A DNA stretch of 61,903 bases, filler included, from Bipalium vagum (Eukaryota): assembly GCA_037834085.1 (NCBI GenBank). It is 3 parts of 3 records of this genome, joined end to end, with 100 filler letters (N's around TTAATTAATTAA, not from the genome) between each part and the next. Parts side by side here need not be neighbours in the genome. Positions count along the whole stretch, not along the records: positions 17,027 to 34,591 come from JBBMKC010061118.1; positions 34,692 to 61,903 come from JBBMKC010101321.1; 1 more part is not named here. One strand, written 5' to 3'. Position 1 is the stretch's first letter, and each line of letters starts with the position of its first letter. Below the pieces are notes generated by a model. That model did not search any database. It saw nothing but the letters and a program-made list of their open reading frames with translations, and was not told where the DNA came from. Made by a program: the position numbers and the translations under genes. This document shows, piece by piece, positions 23,400 to 38,169 of this stretch.

Positions 23400-24390
23400 C
23401 CACCAAAATGCATACATCTTAGACTGATCAATGAAAAGAAATTTCATCAAGATAATTTGGCAGTTGAGGCCAAGTGGAAGATTAATGCTGTTTGTGAGAA
23501 AGCATTAGATTTGAAAAGGATACGAAGATGATTTTCAAAATGTAATTCGTGAAACTTTGATTTGAAAGTTATTTCAAAATCATAAAGATCATTTAGTATA
23601 GATGACCAAGTCCTTCGAGATTTGGTAGGGAAGATCCTTGGATGCCTTTAGATGAAATCTCAGAAACTTTAATAATTCCGAGGAACTTCAATTAAAAATA
23701 CATGATCACTTCAAATCAATTGGTAAAAGAAATCCTTGAATGAAGGTGAGTGCCACATCTCAAATGAAATTTTAAAAATGCAACGAATACTAATCTGTAA
23801 TTATTTCTTATTCAATAGAACAAGCACCCTTTTCTCAACAGAATTTTCACTTGTAATAAGAAATATATCCAGTACGACAATCCTTAATAAAAAAGACAAT
23901 GACTCTCATCAGACAAAACTTCAATTGAAAAAAAACATTGCTTAGCCTTTGATGGAATTTTCATAAACTTTGATTTTTAGAAGCCGGGTAAAATAATTAC
24001 ATCAGACTTGTATGCAAACATTTTATCCAATTAAAGGATGTTGTTCAACGTAAACATCCTTCACTAATCAACAGAAAATTTGTCATGTTGCATTAAGATA
24101 ATTCCAGGCTGTATACCACAATAGTGACCTCCAAAAATTATGGAATTTGGATGAAATATTCTTCTTCATCTTCCTTATTCCCAGGATATAGTATCCTCTG
24201 ACTACCACTTCGATCAATACAATGTTTCTTTTCCGATAAAATTTTTCAAAATTGAGATGGTATCAAATTAGTATACTTTTGCTTATCAAATCCAAAGCTG
24301 AAAAGTTATACAAAAGAGAGATTGAAAGCTTGATTTGTTGGAAACAAGTCATATACACGGGTGGAGAATAAATCAATAATTGCATAATTG
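23400..24390 (+). mobile_element. Decayed mariner element
   Basis: HTH-region fragments, MLH*DNSR (HxDNARPH) and PYSQDIVSSDYH (YSPDLAPSDYH); 3' end resembles the copy at 43370-44090. Confidence 0.75.
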
Positions 24391-24649
24391 ATGATTCCGA
24401 AAATGTTTATTTACTGATTGATTAAAATGACCTACTAAATACTGCAGAAACTACAGTATCACAAAAAACCATCACATTTAGTAATCTGAACTTAAGACTA
24501 CTATTGATTTAGGAAAACTTTTTGATAGCCATTCATTAGGTTTAATCAAGTTTGACCTGTTTTCCTCGAGCTAGATAATAATATCTGTAGTTATATGGGG
24601 TTTAGAACCATTCAGCTATCATGTTGATTAATTATTTTTGTACTGAGGT

Positions 24650-24960
24650 AGATCTTTTTGTCTAGCAGCATAATCTTAACTGAAGTGCAGCTGTCTTAAC
24701 ATACCATGATAATACAGCTTAATAAAATATTGTAGACTCCTGTTTATCAATTTTCACCAATAAATCCTCATTTGGAATGTCTGTTTTGACTTCTTCCTCA
24801 CGAGAAATACGATCATTTTGATGATTGAATGTGAATGAAAAGAAATTTGACTAGTCTGTAAACCAGGCATTTCCATTAGGTCAATAAAGTGAATGGCTTT
24901 AGCATTAACTTTCAGTTTCCGAATATTGTCCTAAAGAAATCTGGTAAAATTGCACATTTG
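24650..24960 (-). mobile_element. DD37D-like Tc1/mariner transposase remnant
   Basis: Minus strand: AWFTD*SNFFSFTFNHQNDRI...DIPNEDLL...AVLSWYVKT. Confidence 0.55.
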
Positions 24961-26051
24961 TCCAATCCTTAAGTGGACAAAATTTAAAATTTTGAATGTA
25001 ATAAAAACTTCACACTGAACATTTTAAGTTGCATTATTGAATACTAGCTAAATCAAAAAAGTAAAATAGTAAAAAAAAAGAATTTAGTCATCTTTTTCTT
25101 GAATGTGATGGGTTTTGTGAGGCATCCTTTAGCATGTTAATTAACGAGTTAGAGAAAAAATGTAGTAATATAATATTGATCATTTCCTAAATAATGAAAA
25201 AAATACAAAACTTTTTTTTCCATAGGCTTTTACTTTTTGGGTCATTTATGAAAAACAAAATCGTGGAAGATCTCTGCAATTATTCTTAGTGAACATGGAA
25301 AAATTACTTTCAATGTGAAATCACTACTGATTAACTATGGATTTACCATCGTGATTTGTAATTAAAGAAAACAGAAAGGGGTTGATTTAATTGATTTTCT
25401 TGAAAAAGTAAAATACGAACAAAAATAAGTACGTTAATCCCACATGATTTCAATCATGATCAACAATTTTCAGTAGACTTTGATATGACAGTCAGCCCAT
25501 GGACTTAGCAACATCTGATTTTAGAAATTTGGTCATCTAAAGAAAGACAAATGTGGCCACACATTTAATTCGTGTAATGCCTTATCTATATACTCTCGTT
25601 TCTAAGGAAAAGCCAAATATTATTAATATCTTAATCTAAAGTGTCTCAGATTCAACATTAATTTTTTAAAAATATTAGAAACCTCTTGAACCTGTACAAA
25701 CTCATAATTTTTAATTGGTATTTTTTAAAAAAACTAGTAATATTGAAGGTTCCACAAATGAACAGTTTCGATTTTACAGTGAAGCATAAAGACTTATAAT
25801 TTAAGATGTCATTCATGCCCTTGAAGGTTTATTGAAAAACATCATGGACAAGTGTTGAATTTAGAGATTCTAAAATTTTTACTCGTTTTTTACTTTCATT
25901 ACTCTAAAGGGCTTTTCATTGAAGAGTGTGACGATCTCGACTTTTTCTCACAATAATTATTAAACTATTTCATTAAAATATAATTGAGTAGAACCCAAAA
26001 ATTTCAATTGGAATTGCATTTTTTAAAAGTTACTTATTTATATAATCATAC

Positions 26052-26052
<1 letters not shown>

Positions 26053-26094
<42 letters not shown>

Positions 26095-26095
26095 T
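26053..26095. repeat. (ATT)n microsatellite
   Basis: Run of tandem ATT units. Confidence 0.9.
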
Positions 26096-29000
26096 TATTA
26101 TTACACAGGTCAAATGCAACAAGAGTAAATTTCAGAGTTCACAGACTAAAGACAATGCTTATATATCTTAAACTTTTGAATAAACTTTAATAAAGTATAT
26201 CAATGATATCGTAAATCTTAAATCTATAATCAATTTCCGAATGTTAATTTTTCTTAACATTCAATATTAATACATTTAATTTTGCACATATTTGCTTATG
26301 CAATAAAATAAGTTGGTATTGTCTCAGAGTTATTCATGATAAAAAGATTAAAAAATTAATATTTTGAAACTTTTATCAGAAAAATTTTTAGAAAATCAAA
26401 AACGGCGATCTGAACTAATAATATGAGTCACAAAAGATGATCAATAACCTTTTTTTAATATCAATTCATCATATGATAATATTTATTTATAATAAAGAAA
26501 ATGTTCGTGACTTTAGACTAAAATGTTCTGATTTTAGTCTATCTTTATTATTAGAAACGTGTTGACTTAGTTCCAAAAAGTAAAAAAAATTATTGCACTT
26601 TTAGGCAATTTTTCAAAAAAAATTTTTTAAAAATTTATAAAATGCAAGCTTAATTTCAAATAAATTTTTCTTAATCTTTTATTTCATGAAATATTATTCC
26701 GGATTTCATTTAATAAAAAATAAATAATAAATCAATAAATAAATGAATAAAATTAATAAAAATGCGTATTTTACCACTACATTTGAAAGTTGACATTAAA
26801 TCAAGTATACACAATAATTGCCTTAATGTAATTGCAATGCATCTTTTGATTGGCTGTTTATTAATCGATGCGAAAAAAATTGATTATTTTCATTGGACTT
26901 GTAATAAGAACGTTTTAAACTTCGTTTTTAATATTTTAATCATTAAAATAATTTAATTACTATTATAATTATTTAATTATTAAATTTAATTAAATTTGTT
27001 GCATTGTGTAATTTACTACTTACAATTATATGAATTCGATAAGAGAAAAGTTGAAAATACCTTATTCAATATACCATGATTTGATTAGAATATTATTATA
27101 ATACTTTAAAAAACCAGTTATCATATTAATTAGCATATAAAATAGCAAAGAAAATTTTCTAGAATACATATTTCCCATTGTACGAAATTTATTTTTCTCT
27201 AAGAAATTGCATAAATAAAAAAAATGCAGTATATTCCAACATGATTATTATTTATATTTGTGTCTAATCTTTTTTATTTTTTCCAATAAGAAAGAATGTT
27301 TATTTTATGCAAACAATGATTTAATTTTTATTCATAAATAAAAAACTCAATAAATTCATCGGGCAAGGGTGATAGACAATCGTCTTGAAGGTATCAATAA
27401 TCTTTAAAAATTAATTTATTTTTTAACATATTTTATAAAATTTTATTGAAAAGAATTCCATAAATAATTTTACAAAACTCGGAATTCATAAAACAAAAAA
27501 TTCTTTTTAACTTAAATGGAATAAATAATTAAAAATATTATCATAATTATTTTTGAAAAAAAAAATTTTCGAAATAATTATTATTAATAGAATTTAATAA
27601 GATTTAAAGTTTTTAAAGATTTTTTAAATAATATTTATTTACTACTATTAATAATTATTATAATTTTAATTATAATAATATTATTATTGTTATTATTATT
27701 ATTATTATATTATTATTGTTATTATATTATTATTATTATTATTAAAGTACATCATAAATGTTACTAAAAATAGAAAATAATTACTTAATTTGAGATCGAT
27801 TTTATTTTCGATTTCAGAATAATAAAATTTATTAAAAAATTAATAATTTTTATTGCTTCAAAATGTCTGGTTATTGTAATATACTAACAAAAATTATTAA
27901 AATAAAAATATTTATTTCCAATTGTTTATTTATAAAATATTTTTATATTTAAAAAATTCCTGGGCCTTGATAATAAATATATCAAAGAAATGTCTTTTTC
28001 AACTGTCCCCATCGATCGGTTTGTTATTTTGTCTCTTTACATTCTATAAAAGGGCAAATCAACGGACTGAAATTTTCCCTTGCATGAATTTGGATTTAAG
28101 TCCAAACCAGAAACAAATTGCAGAATATATTTCAATATATCAAACTGGTGTCGAACCAAATCCGAACACTCTTTTGATATTTAATTGCCTAATAATGTTA
28201 ATGACTCGAAATAATACGAGGAATATCTACGGTGTATTAAAAATCTCTGGAAAGATACCGATATCACCATGAAGGGGAAACTTGATTTTTCTAATTACCA
28301 AATTCATATTCTTAAAAGTTCAACCCCGGGAACAAGCAATAATAATATCCAAGTGAAATGATTTTTGATATTATGGAAATTTTCCCATGAAACATAGGAG
28401 CATTGTGACCTCCTTTCAGATAAATATGATAATAATTAGATCATTTCGAAACATAAAGTAATTTTAATAATTTGTGTATTCATCTTCTGTTATTGGTACA
28501 TTATTCTGGTTTTTGCATAAATATTCTGATAATTTTGTTATTTAAAGATAGCATGTGGTTTGTAGTTCAAATATTATATCCGGAAGAATGGAAGTATTTA
28601 ATATTTACAAATGAAATTATTTTCTTTAGTAAAAATTTGATTAATACTGACAATAAAGGAATTTAATGTAAAAATCTAAACATAAACATATACTACTTTT
28701 AAAATTATGTCAAAATTAAAATAATAAATTTTCAACCAATAAATTTGCAGATAAATAAATGAAATTAAAAGATTTTTTAGGTCAAAATGTATTTGTAAAT
28801 ACATTCATTTGCATAAATTATGGATTTTTATTTTGATCTAATCAATATTGATTGTATTAAAAAAATTTAAAGACACCGTTTATTTTATATGTTGCGATAC
28901 GTGATTTAACGGAATACTTTTTCATGAAATTCTCAAAGTTTATCAGTCTAAAATACCAAGGTAAATCAATTAAGGTAATTCCACTACAAAACCAGTGGAT

Positions 29001-31346
29001 GATTTTCACACTTTATAATCAGATATTAATAGTATTTTACGTCAATAAAAATTATTTTTTGTGAACAACTTGCGCAGATAGCTTATTTTATAGATTACGG
29101 AAATGACTAATAATAGCTTATTTTTAAGTTGGTTGATTATCTTTGAAATTCTGACCTCGAATCGTCTCTTGTTCGTGTATTAAGCATCAAATGTAAACAT
29201 GGCTTTCAAATATCTTTACATTTGAACCCATCACTTTATGTTAACTTACACCAACTAGAAGCACAACATAAAGTAAAACAACTTCATATAAAGTGTTAAT
29301 TAAACAATACTGTAGTCTGGAAGCGGTTCCCTTTATATTATTAATATTTTTATTATTATTATGATGCATCTTTCACAAGTCCATTATTTGTAATAATAAT
29401 TAAACTAGGTCACTTATGTTCGACGGCCCAACTATGAAAAGAAGCAATTGTCGATAGTTTATTTATCAATAAAACCGATACATTAAATATTTTTTATTAA
29501 AAGAAGAACTTCAAGCACACTTCGAAATAAACTCTACAAAAAAGGGATGTCATAAAAATTTTCGGATCAATATTATTTTAGATAATCTTAATAATAAAAA
29601 TCATGACGAAAATATCAGTGATCAGTTGTTATGTTGATGTGAATGTCTAAAAGTTAGAATTGTTTTTTCACGATTTTAGACAGCTTAAAAATATACACCA
29701 ATATATATATTAAAAGAAATCAAAGGAAGATTTGGAGTATCGTATTACTTCATCAGGATTGGGAATATTTTGCTTATCTCGTGTAAAAATCTTCGCAATA
29801 ATTAATGAATTAATGAAATACATTCACAAAGTGCTGGAGAAATTCTACCAAAATCGAAAATCAAAGATAATCAATGAAATATAATTTATATAAAAATTTG
29901 AACAAATAAAAAAATTAATTAAAACAGAATTTCGAAGTGTAAATAAAATTTTAAAAAATCAATCACTAAATGGCATTACTTTAAATCGGCACAAGGAAAA
30001 TTCTCGGAGAAAATTAAAAAAATATTATTGATGAAATAATGAATTTAATAATAAAAGTGGTTCTGGTAATGATCTTCTGAAGGGCCACAAAACGACATAA
30101 TGTAAAAATAACACCGAAATTTTTCACTTATTTATTTTTACTTTAAAATATAAGTCTTTGGACTGTTGAGTTTTATCTTTTACCAGTAATGGTATTCTAA
30201 AATAAAAGAATGTTACAAACTTGTTAGTAGAAATAAGGAACATTAATTATGATCAAAAGGGACATCTAATAATTTATATGGTAAGGAAAAAAAGGATAAG
30301 CTTTTAATTTAAGTGCTTTTGATAAGTTAAAAGCTCAAAAGGAAGAAGCTCAAAATAGAAAGTAATTGGAGAGAAGGGGTATTAATTGGGATTCAGATAT
30401 GAATTAATTTCTGAATTTATATTGTACACGATTTTCAAACTTTCAAAATTCGTCTTGGACATAATTGACATCCATTGGTAGAAGACCAAGACGACAATAA
30501 TATTATTAAAGTAATAATGAAAGTCTGAAAATTTTCGAAACGAACTGCATAATTTTTAACAAATCATATAAATCTTAATGGTATGGTATAGGAGCAAAGT
30601 AGAACAAGAGTTGTTGTAGGTTAACAATTTCGACTTTTTAAACTTCAAAAGTAAAGATCAGTAAAATGGAAATTGTTCTCAATTTAAAGTAATTGTACTC
30701 TTTGATCCTTTCAATGTTGGGTTTGAAGAATTTTTATCAAATTAATTGGATTTAGTTATAATGAAAATGACGATTCTGTTGGGCTGCACGTTTCCTACAC
30801 ACGGTCAATGGATGCACTGCACATCATCATCTGACATTCCTTTTAAAAGAAAAATGTCTAAGATTTTTTTTCTTTTTCAAAAATTAGGAAGTCTTGTTAG
30901 ATATTTTTTATCATTTTCTTTGATATTTAACTTATCACCACTCATGACTATAAAGGAAATACATATAGAATTTTATTGATGAAATTAAAAACATCTTTAG
31001 TTTTACTTAAATAATCCCTCAATGTTGGACTTAACGATCCGCTGATTGAAACAGAATTTTATAAATAAATAAATAAAAACCAATTGAATAGCGAGTATTT
31101 TCGTTTATTGATTATTTATATACGCAACACTACAACTATTCAGTTTTTATCGTCAACATTAAGAAGAAAAATTATTGATATTTTTGAAGGTGTACATTAT
31201 TATACTCTCTTTCAAAAAAGAAAATGAAACATGCTTGCATTATTAATTTATTAAGATTTTCGTTCATTTTTAACACGAATTTTCATAAATTACTGATTTT
31301 ATTGGTAATTAAATAAAATTTCACTATTGATTTTTATAATATTCTT

Positions 31347-32556
31347 TTGTGTCCAAAGTTTCGAAAAATCTCATTTTAAAATTTCCGATAAGAAAATTTC
31401 AGACAATTCTTTTTTGAAAATATTTTTTAACATTCAATAATATAAATTCAAAGTTTTACGTTATTAAAATCATTATTTAAAGAAGTATCAATCTTAAATA
31501 ATCGCACATAAATCCAATCAATGACTGCAAATCTCAATGTATGAAGATCAACTAATTTGTATTAAATTGTGTCAGGGGAACGATTTTCCATGTTACAAAA
31601 TACTGGAAACGATGCAGAAATGTTTCCGTGATCAATGCATGGTCGGAAACACGGAATTATCAATGGATCTTTATCAACACGGATCTTTAAAGAAGGCAGA
31701 AAATCTGTGGAACACGACCAATACTTCGGAAGACCTTTCACATCAGCTAAAGATGAACACATTGAAAAAATAAAAAATCTGGTGCAAAAACGGTGGCCAA
31801 CTGACAATCAGAGTGATATCTGCACAAAGTGAAATATAAATTGGATTTTGCTAATTGATTTTGAAAGATAAATTGAAAATGAGATCCACTTTATATTGAC
31901 TTTTGCCGAAATATTTAAATTGTTGCACTCTCTTGCTATTTAATAAATTTTTTGTTAAAGAACATTATTATCAATGATGAAAAATGTTTATATCATTACC
32001 AACCGAAACAACCAAATGAATGGTCTATTAAAAAAATGAAATGAAACTGGAAAGCTTTAAAAAACCAATTCAAAAATTAAGATTCTGTTAACAGTTCGGA
32101 GTTATTGTCCTGGATTAATCCATCACGAATTTCTTCATGCCGGTCAACAGTAAACAAGTAATATTATTTGCAACTCATGTGTCATTTGAAAGAAGCAATT
32201 CTTAAAAAACAACCGGTTTATGGGTAATAATTCATGAATTTTGCACTACGACAATGCGTCATCTCACATTGCAGGATTACTCGTGATATTTTGGTCATAA
32301 ACCAAACCAAAATCATTCTTCAATCATCAAATTCACCTGATATGCCTCAAAAGAAGTCAACACCACCTTCTGGCCTTGGTTTTGAGACAGTAGAAAAGAT
32401 TCAAGAAAAATCCCTATGGGTTCAGAAAGCTAGTCTGCAAATAAAAAATACAAGATGTTTGGATAATTGTATAAACGTGTTGTAGTGACTGGGATCCCAT
32501 AAATTTTGAAAATTAAATAGCTCTGTTTGAAAATTCTCGAAACTTTAAGCACAGTA
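31347..32556 (+). mobile_element. Near-full-length decayed mariner (irritans-like) with TIRs
   Basis: Imperfect TIRs tgtgtccaaagtttcgaaaa and ttctcgaaactttaagcaca; DQLICIKLC..., FKEGRKSVEHDQYFGRPFTSAKDEHIEKIKNLV, ILHYDNASSH, NSPDM. Confidence 0.82.
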
Positions 32557-32794
32557 GTATATTTCAAAAATCTTGTTTCGTTATATACCTATGTGGTTAT
32601 TTTATAATAAAAAAAGAATATCTCAGAAGGAAAATCTCACTTCATAACTCATTTTAGCTCTAAACTAATATAAGTATCGAAGCTAATATTTATATATAAT
32701 ATTTACTCCATACCATAAAAAACCAGATTTATTTATTTTAGAAAAGAAATTGTAAGTATAGTTTTTTTAATTGATGTAATATTGATTATTATAG

Positions 32795-33505
32795 GTGGCA
32801 CTATCAAATGATAAGAAAAATTTTATCTTAATCCACTATGAGAGATTTCTCATGAAAATTGGCAAAGTACAGCCACAGTACGAAACAGTTGAAAGTCTGT
32901 GCGATGCATTCAATGTTAACAAAGATTACGCACATGACTTACGAAAGACATTTTTTGAAACAGGTTCTCTGGACAGAAAAGTAGTTTAGGAAGAAAGCAT
33001 ATTGAAGCATATATGTTGACAGACGACAATGAGTTGTGGAATCTATTCGGAAGCGGAGATCCTCTAGCATTGTGTATTTCTGAGAAGTTTGAGATTCTAC
33101 ATACAAGTGTTCAAAGATTTATCAAAGAAGGAGGAATGAGGAAGAACATGCCCCCTGTTAAGTGATGACCAGAAATTAAAGACGCTAAAATGATGTCGAC
33201 AGATTTCTCATTATCAATAGAAGGATCACGTTGACATAGATGAGAAGTGGTTTGACTTGTATCCCTTCCATCAAGATCGATATAATGACACTAGTCCTTG
33301 AAGAAAACAGTCAATACTAAGTAAAGGTAATAAGCGAGTTCTTAGGAATAAATGTAAAAATGTTGACGAATTTTGATTTTTATTAGAAGAGAATTTCTGG
33401 TCAACTAAACCTGAAACGTTGACTTCCATTTTTGAAAGCAAATCTCGGGTAGTAACGAAAATTACAAAAGAGAAAAGTTTAAATGTTAATGTGGCACATT
33501 CGATA
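32795..33505 (+). mobile_element. DD39D-like (plant-mariner type) transposase remnant
   Basis: HTH region ending FFETGSLDRK; KDHVDIDEKWFDLY at ~33221-33262 (xIDEKWF signature); degenerate C-terminus ...KEKSLNVNVAH. Confidence 0.55.
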
Positions 33506-34635
33506 TAATAATAAACTTTGTCAATATTATTTGTCTTGTTTTGTTATAATTAATTTTAACAAATCGGGTTTTTACGGTATGGAGTAAGTAACAAATATAA
33601 ACACTGGTATATTATAATAGCTAAATATTAAAACAAGGGTGAATTTGAATATCATGATTGTCGTGATCTTTACACAGAGTCACGCCACTACAATACTCGA
33701 ATTAGTGAACATTGACAAAAATTAAAACAAATATTTGACCTCACTAAAATTGGGAATAGTCCAAATATTTCCTTATTAACTATATTTTTATTTGTAATTG
33801 TAATTTTTACGTCTATTTAGAAAATATATATTGATTTTTGTGAAAACTATTTTTTCGAACTTAATAATTAATATTGTTTGTCTTGTACATTTACAGGAAA
33901 ATATTGTTTTAAAAAATGATAACTGGTCCTATTTACCTTAATTTTCATTGTTAAAGTTTTGCTATAATGGTGCAGTTAAATTAATTTATACACAGAAATT
34001 GTCATTGTGACCTAATAATAATTCATTTATATAATTAAGAAAGATTTAGATCTTTGTGAACTCAACAGATTCAGATCAATATAACTAATAATTATTAGTG
34101 AAGAGTTTATTCACCACTAACTTTTACTTATAATTTTTAGACTGACAATTTGAAAAAAAATTCGTATCCGCACTTCGAAGAACTTTGAACATCTTTTGTT
34201 TATTAAGAACACTATTCTTTGTGAATAACGCGGAGAATTAATTAATTTCTTTTCCATGAAAATAATAGATAATATTGAAGCTTTAAAATCTAAATGAATT
34301 TGTTTTGATATAAATATCCCCTGTAGAATTGGTTATAATTAGTCAAATTAATCATTTATAATTAAATGTAAGGAGTGGTTCGAACTATTAGTTTGAATTG
34401 ATCTTTTAAATAAGGACCTCACACTTTTGTTAACGATTATTAAATTTTTAAATACAGTTTTTAATGGTTTTTAAATATTTGGTTTCCAAAAGAGTAATTG
34501 CGGTTATAACCAAATACTTTAAGAAGTCATAACTTTTTTAAAAATCAACTTTATTAAACAAAATAATTTCCATCAGAATCAACAATTTTTTNNNNNNNNN
34601 NNNNNNNNNNNNNNNNNNNNNNNNNNNNNNNNNNN

Positions 34636-34647
34636 TTAATTAATTAA
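34636..34647. other. Artificial scaffold linker TTAATTAATTAA
   Basis: Same cassette as at 16971, flanked by N runs. Confidence 0.9.
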
Positions 34648-34692
34648 NNNNNNNNNNNNNNNNNNNNNNNNNNNNNNNNNNNNNNNNNNNNA

Positions 34693-34890
34693 AAACATTA
34701 ATCATCCATTGATTTCTGCTTTCTCCATTTTGTGAATTAATTTCTGGTTTCAGTTTTTTAATTACTAACGATTCACATATTTTTCTTTCTTCATCGTGAT
34801 CAAAGTTGGTCATTACTACAGTAAACTCATTTTCATTGGCATATTTATTTCCTTCTCTATCTTTGCAGCTAACAGTATGATCCAACACTT
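34693..34890 (-). mobile_element. Penelope-like retroelement GIY-YIG endonuclease C-terminal remnant
   Basis: DHTVSC...NEFTVV...ERKICESLVIKKLKPEINSQ, matching the H...F.IL...R.I.ESL.IK..KP.LN.Q tail of Penelope endonucleases. Confidence 0.7.
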
Positions 34891-37800
34891 TGAAATATAT
34901 ATATTTCATTTTGATAAAACAACAAAAAATACCATATTTCAAATTTTCCGTATTTATTTTATAACTGAAATGTAAATATTATTTTCGGAAAAACAGTGTT
35001 ATAAATTTTTCTTGACTCAGTTCAAGTCACTACAAAGAGCCAGATGAGAGATTGTCTAATTAGATTACTATATAAAATAATTAAAAAGAAATTCTTCTGT
35101 AATTACGATTTACGCTTCAATTCACTTAAGTGCGCACAAAGAATAATGTTAAATAATAATAAAAATAATAACAATTATTATTATTATTATTATTATTAAA
35201 TTCCAATTAATATAAATATATCAATATTTAAATAGGCCGCAATATGTGCTGTATTAATTTTTCGATCTGATTCTAAAATATATAAAAAATAAAAACTCTG
35301 GAATTCAAATATTGATTATTAATAAAATTATATGTGACTCAGAAAATAATAAATAATCAAATATTTTTGTAAAAATGCTTTTACTATATCGATTTCAATT
35401 TCAAAAATTTATGGTAATTTTTTAATCTGAATTTTGTATTATATGTCAAATCTTTTTGAATTAATAATTAAATTAATAATATTTAGTTTCCAAATAATTA
35501 TTTATAGTCATATTTCCTTTTTTTCATTTAACACTAAGAAATATGCAAAAATATGATCAAATATATTTTATATTACTTTAAATATTTATGTTTTCGTATT
35601 TTTATTATTTTATTTATAATAATTCATTTATATTATCATTGTTAGTTGAAAATTAATCGGAGATACCGGGACTTCTCACATCCGTATAGACTGCTTTGAT
35701 CGCTGATCTAAATTCCCACAAATTTTCAATTTATCTCACAATCATATTATAAATTTATAAAAAAAATTAAATATGATATTTCAATATATGTATTTATTTT
35801 CATATTTAAAGAAATTATGACAATATTAGAAATAATAAATCATGTTTAAATTAATTTTGGTTAAATAATTTTATTAAAATTTTTTATTAATTTTATTTTA
35901 GAAAAAATAATAAAAGAAATAGAGTATTTATTAAGAAATTAATGTGAAAATATATTTTAAAAATTAATGTCAGCTGTTTATCACAATACATAATATATCA
36001 TGTGTATATATAAGCAAATTAAAATCAATCAAATTTTTAATCTTTAATTTTAAGGTTAAAAGTTAAAATAAATTATTCATTTATCGATTAATTGATTGTT
36101 AACTTCCATATTTTCTAATCACATCTTGATGGTATTAAAATTTTATAATTACTTTTAAGTGTTAATTCCAAATTAATCATTTAATAGTTCTTGTACTCTA
36201 TTATTTTTTTGTTATTTTTATCCTTTCATTTTTCAGATGATTTTTTTAGAAATAAGTTAAGTAATAATATTAAATTGCGCAATGTAATGCCGCTTAAATA
36301 GTTATATTGGATATGTGAGTATTTAATCTGATTTCTAATTTTTAAATTTTTATATTGTGCCTAATCTAAATTTTAATTATTTAATTTTTATATTTATTTT
36401 AAAATAATTTTTATTTTAATGGCACAATATATTAATTTATGAGGAATGGAAAATTTATTTAAGTATTATTGTTTTAAAAATCATTCAAAATATATTATCA
36501 AAACTATGACTGATTTTGTTGATATCGCTGCTAACAGGATAAGAATACCAGGCTTCGGAATGGTCGTTAAAGCTCTATTTTGGGTTACCAATACCCATAA
36601 GCGAACTTGATTCAGAGAAGACCAGATGAAAAAGGAATGATACTTAAAAGAGGAGTCATTTCATAAATAAATTGTTGTTTTGTTTAAATGTCACCATAAA
36701 TAACAATAGAGATATTTTAATATCACCTATTATTAAATTTCCATATTTTTGTGATATTTCCGTACAAAAAACCTTTTATCAACACAACCGAAATTAATAC
36801 CTTCAGAATTATCGAGCATTTTTATTAAATATTAAGCAAAAAAATAAACAACAGAGACTTATTAAAATAAAATAATTTTCCAAACCGAACATTTTAATAT
36901 TTGAAGCCATCATCAATGAGAGTTCATCGAAACAGAATAGTCGAACATTTAATAGGATTTTCCGTTATTAAAAATATTGCCACAAAGAATGATTTTTGAG
37001 CTATTAGAGAATAATTATTTCCTTAATAAAATTTATCATTATTGATAATTTTTCCCTGATGTCGTGTTATCTCCCATTTCAAGAGTTGTTAAATCTCGGC
37101 TTTGGGATTCATTATTTCCTACGTCTTCATGCTAAAAGCTGTCGAGAAGTACATCGATTCGACTTGTTATTAGAACAATTAAATCCCATCGCCTCGGTCA
37201 CGAAAGTCCGTACTGGGCTTAAGAAATCAATGTTTGGTATCTTCACGTATTGACAAATAATCCCAAGTAGGTCTCATGCATATTGTTGCGATAACAAAGT
37301 TAATTTGGTCCCCGAGTCAGATGGGTTTCTTTGATATCTTTACATTATAATATCGATAATGGTCAATTTAGTTTTCAAAAAATCCTTTAAAGCGATTATC
37401 TAAAAAGGAAAAATTCATTTCGTTCTGTATATTCTAATATAATTATCTTAAGAANNNNNNNNNNNNNNNNNNNNNNNNNNNNNNNNNNNNNNNNNNNNNN
37501 NNNNNNNNNNNNNNNNNNNNNNNNNNNNNNNNNNNNNNNNNNNNNNNNNNNNNNNNNNNNNNNNNNNNNNNNNNNNNNNNNNNNNNNNNNNNNNNNNNNN
37601 NNNTTAAAATATATAAAACCGATTTATTTTTATAAAGAAATAAATAATGAAATTAATTTAATTAAAAGATAAAAATTATTAATAATAAAAATAATTTTAA
37701 AATAATGTAAATTAAAAACGAAGAAAACACGAATTTTAATATTTATTTATTATTATTTTCATTGGCATTTACCAAATTGTTTTAATTAATTAACTTAAAA

Positions 37801-38169
37801 ATGGTGCTTGGAAATATTCAATACTTAAGTAATAACTAATATTTTTAAATAAACTTATCGATTATGAAAACAAGAATAAAAAACGTTTTAATATCTTTAC
37901 CGGAATTTTGACTGACATTAACTATTTATTATAAAATATTAGATATTTGCAGAGGTTTTGACCCGATTGGAGACATTGTATGTTATGTGAGTTCTAAATC
38001 ATTTTAAATATTTTGTTTATCCAACAAGTTTTAATATCAATATGGGTAATATTTCAATAAAACAATTTGCTCAAATAATCGCGAAACATTTCAGCCATTT
38101 TTTATGATATGAACATAAAAAACTATTTACAATGAGTTCCGGAAAAAATTCCTGACTCATTTGTAAAAA

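Noticed and set aside
27922-28272. 116-aa ORF
   Set aside because: Non-ATG start and no recognisable motif in the frames examined.
29960-30010. TKWHYFKSAQGK, resembling the WxxFxxxHGK motif of some DDE transposases
   Set aside because: Isolated motif with the key His absent.
37260-37330. Minus-strand DSGTKLTLLS, similar to a retroviral-type aspartic protease motif
   Set aside because: Lacks the preceding hydrophobic residues and any downstream RT similarity.
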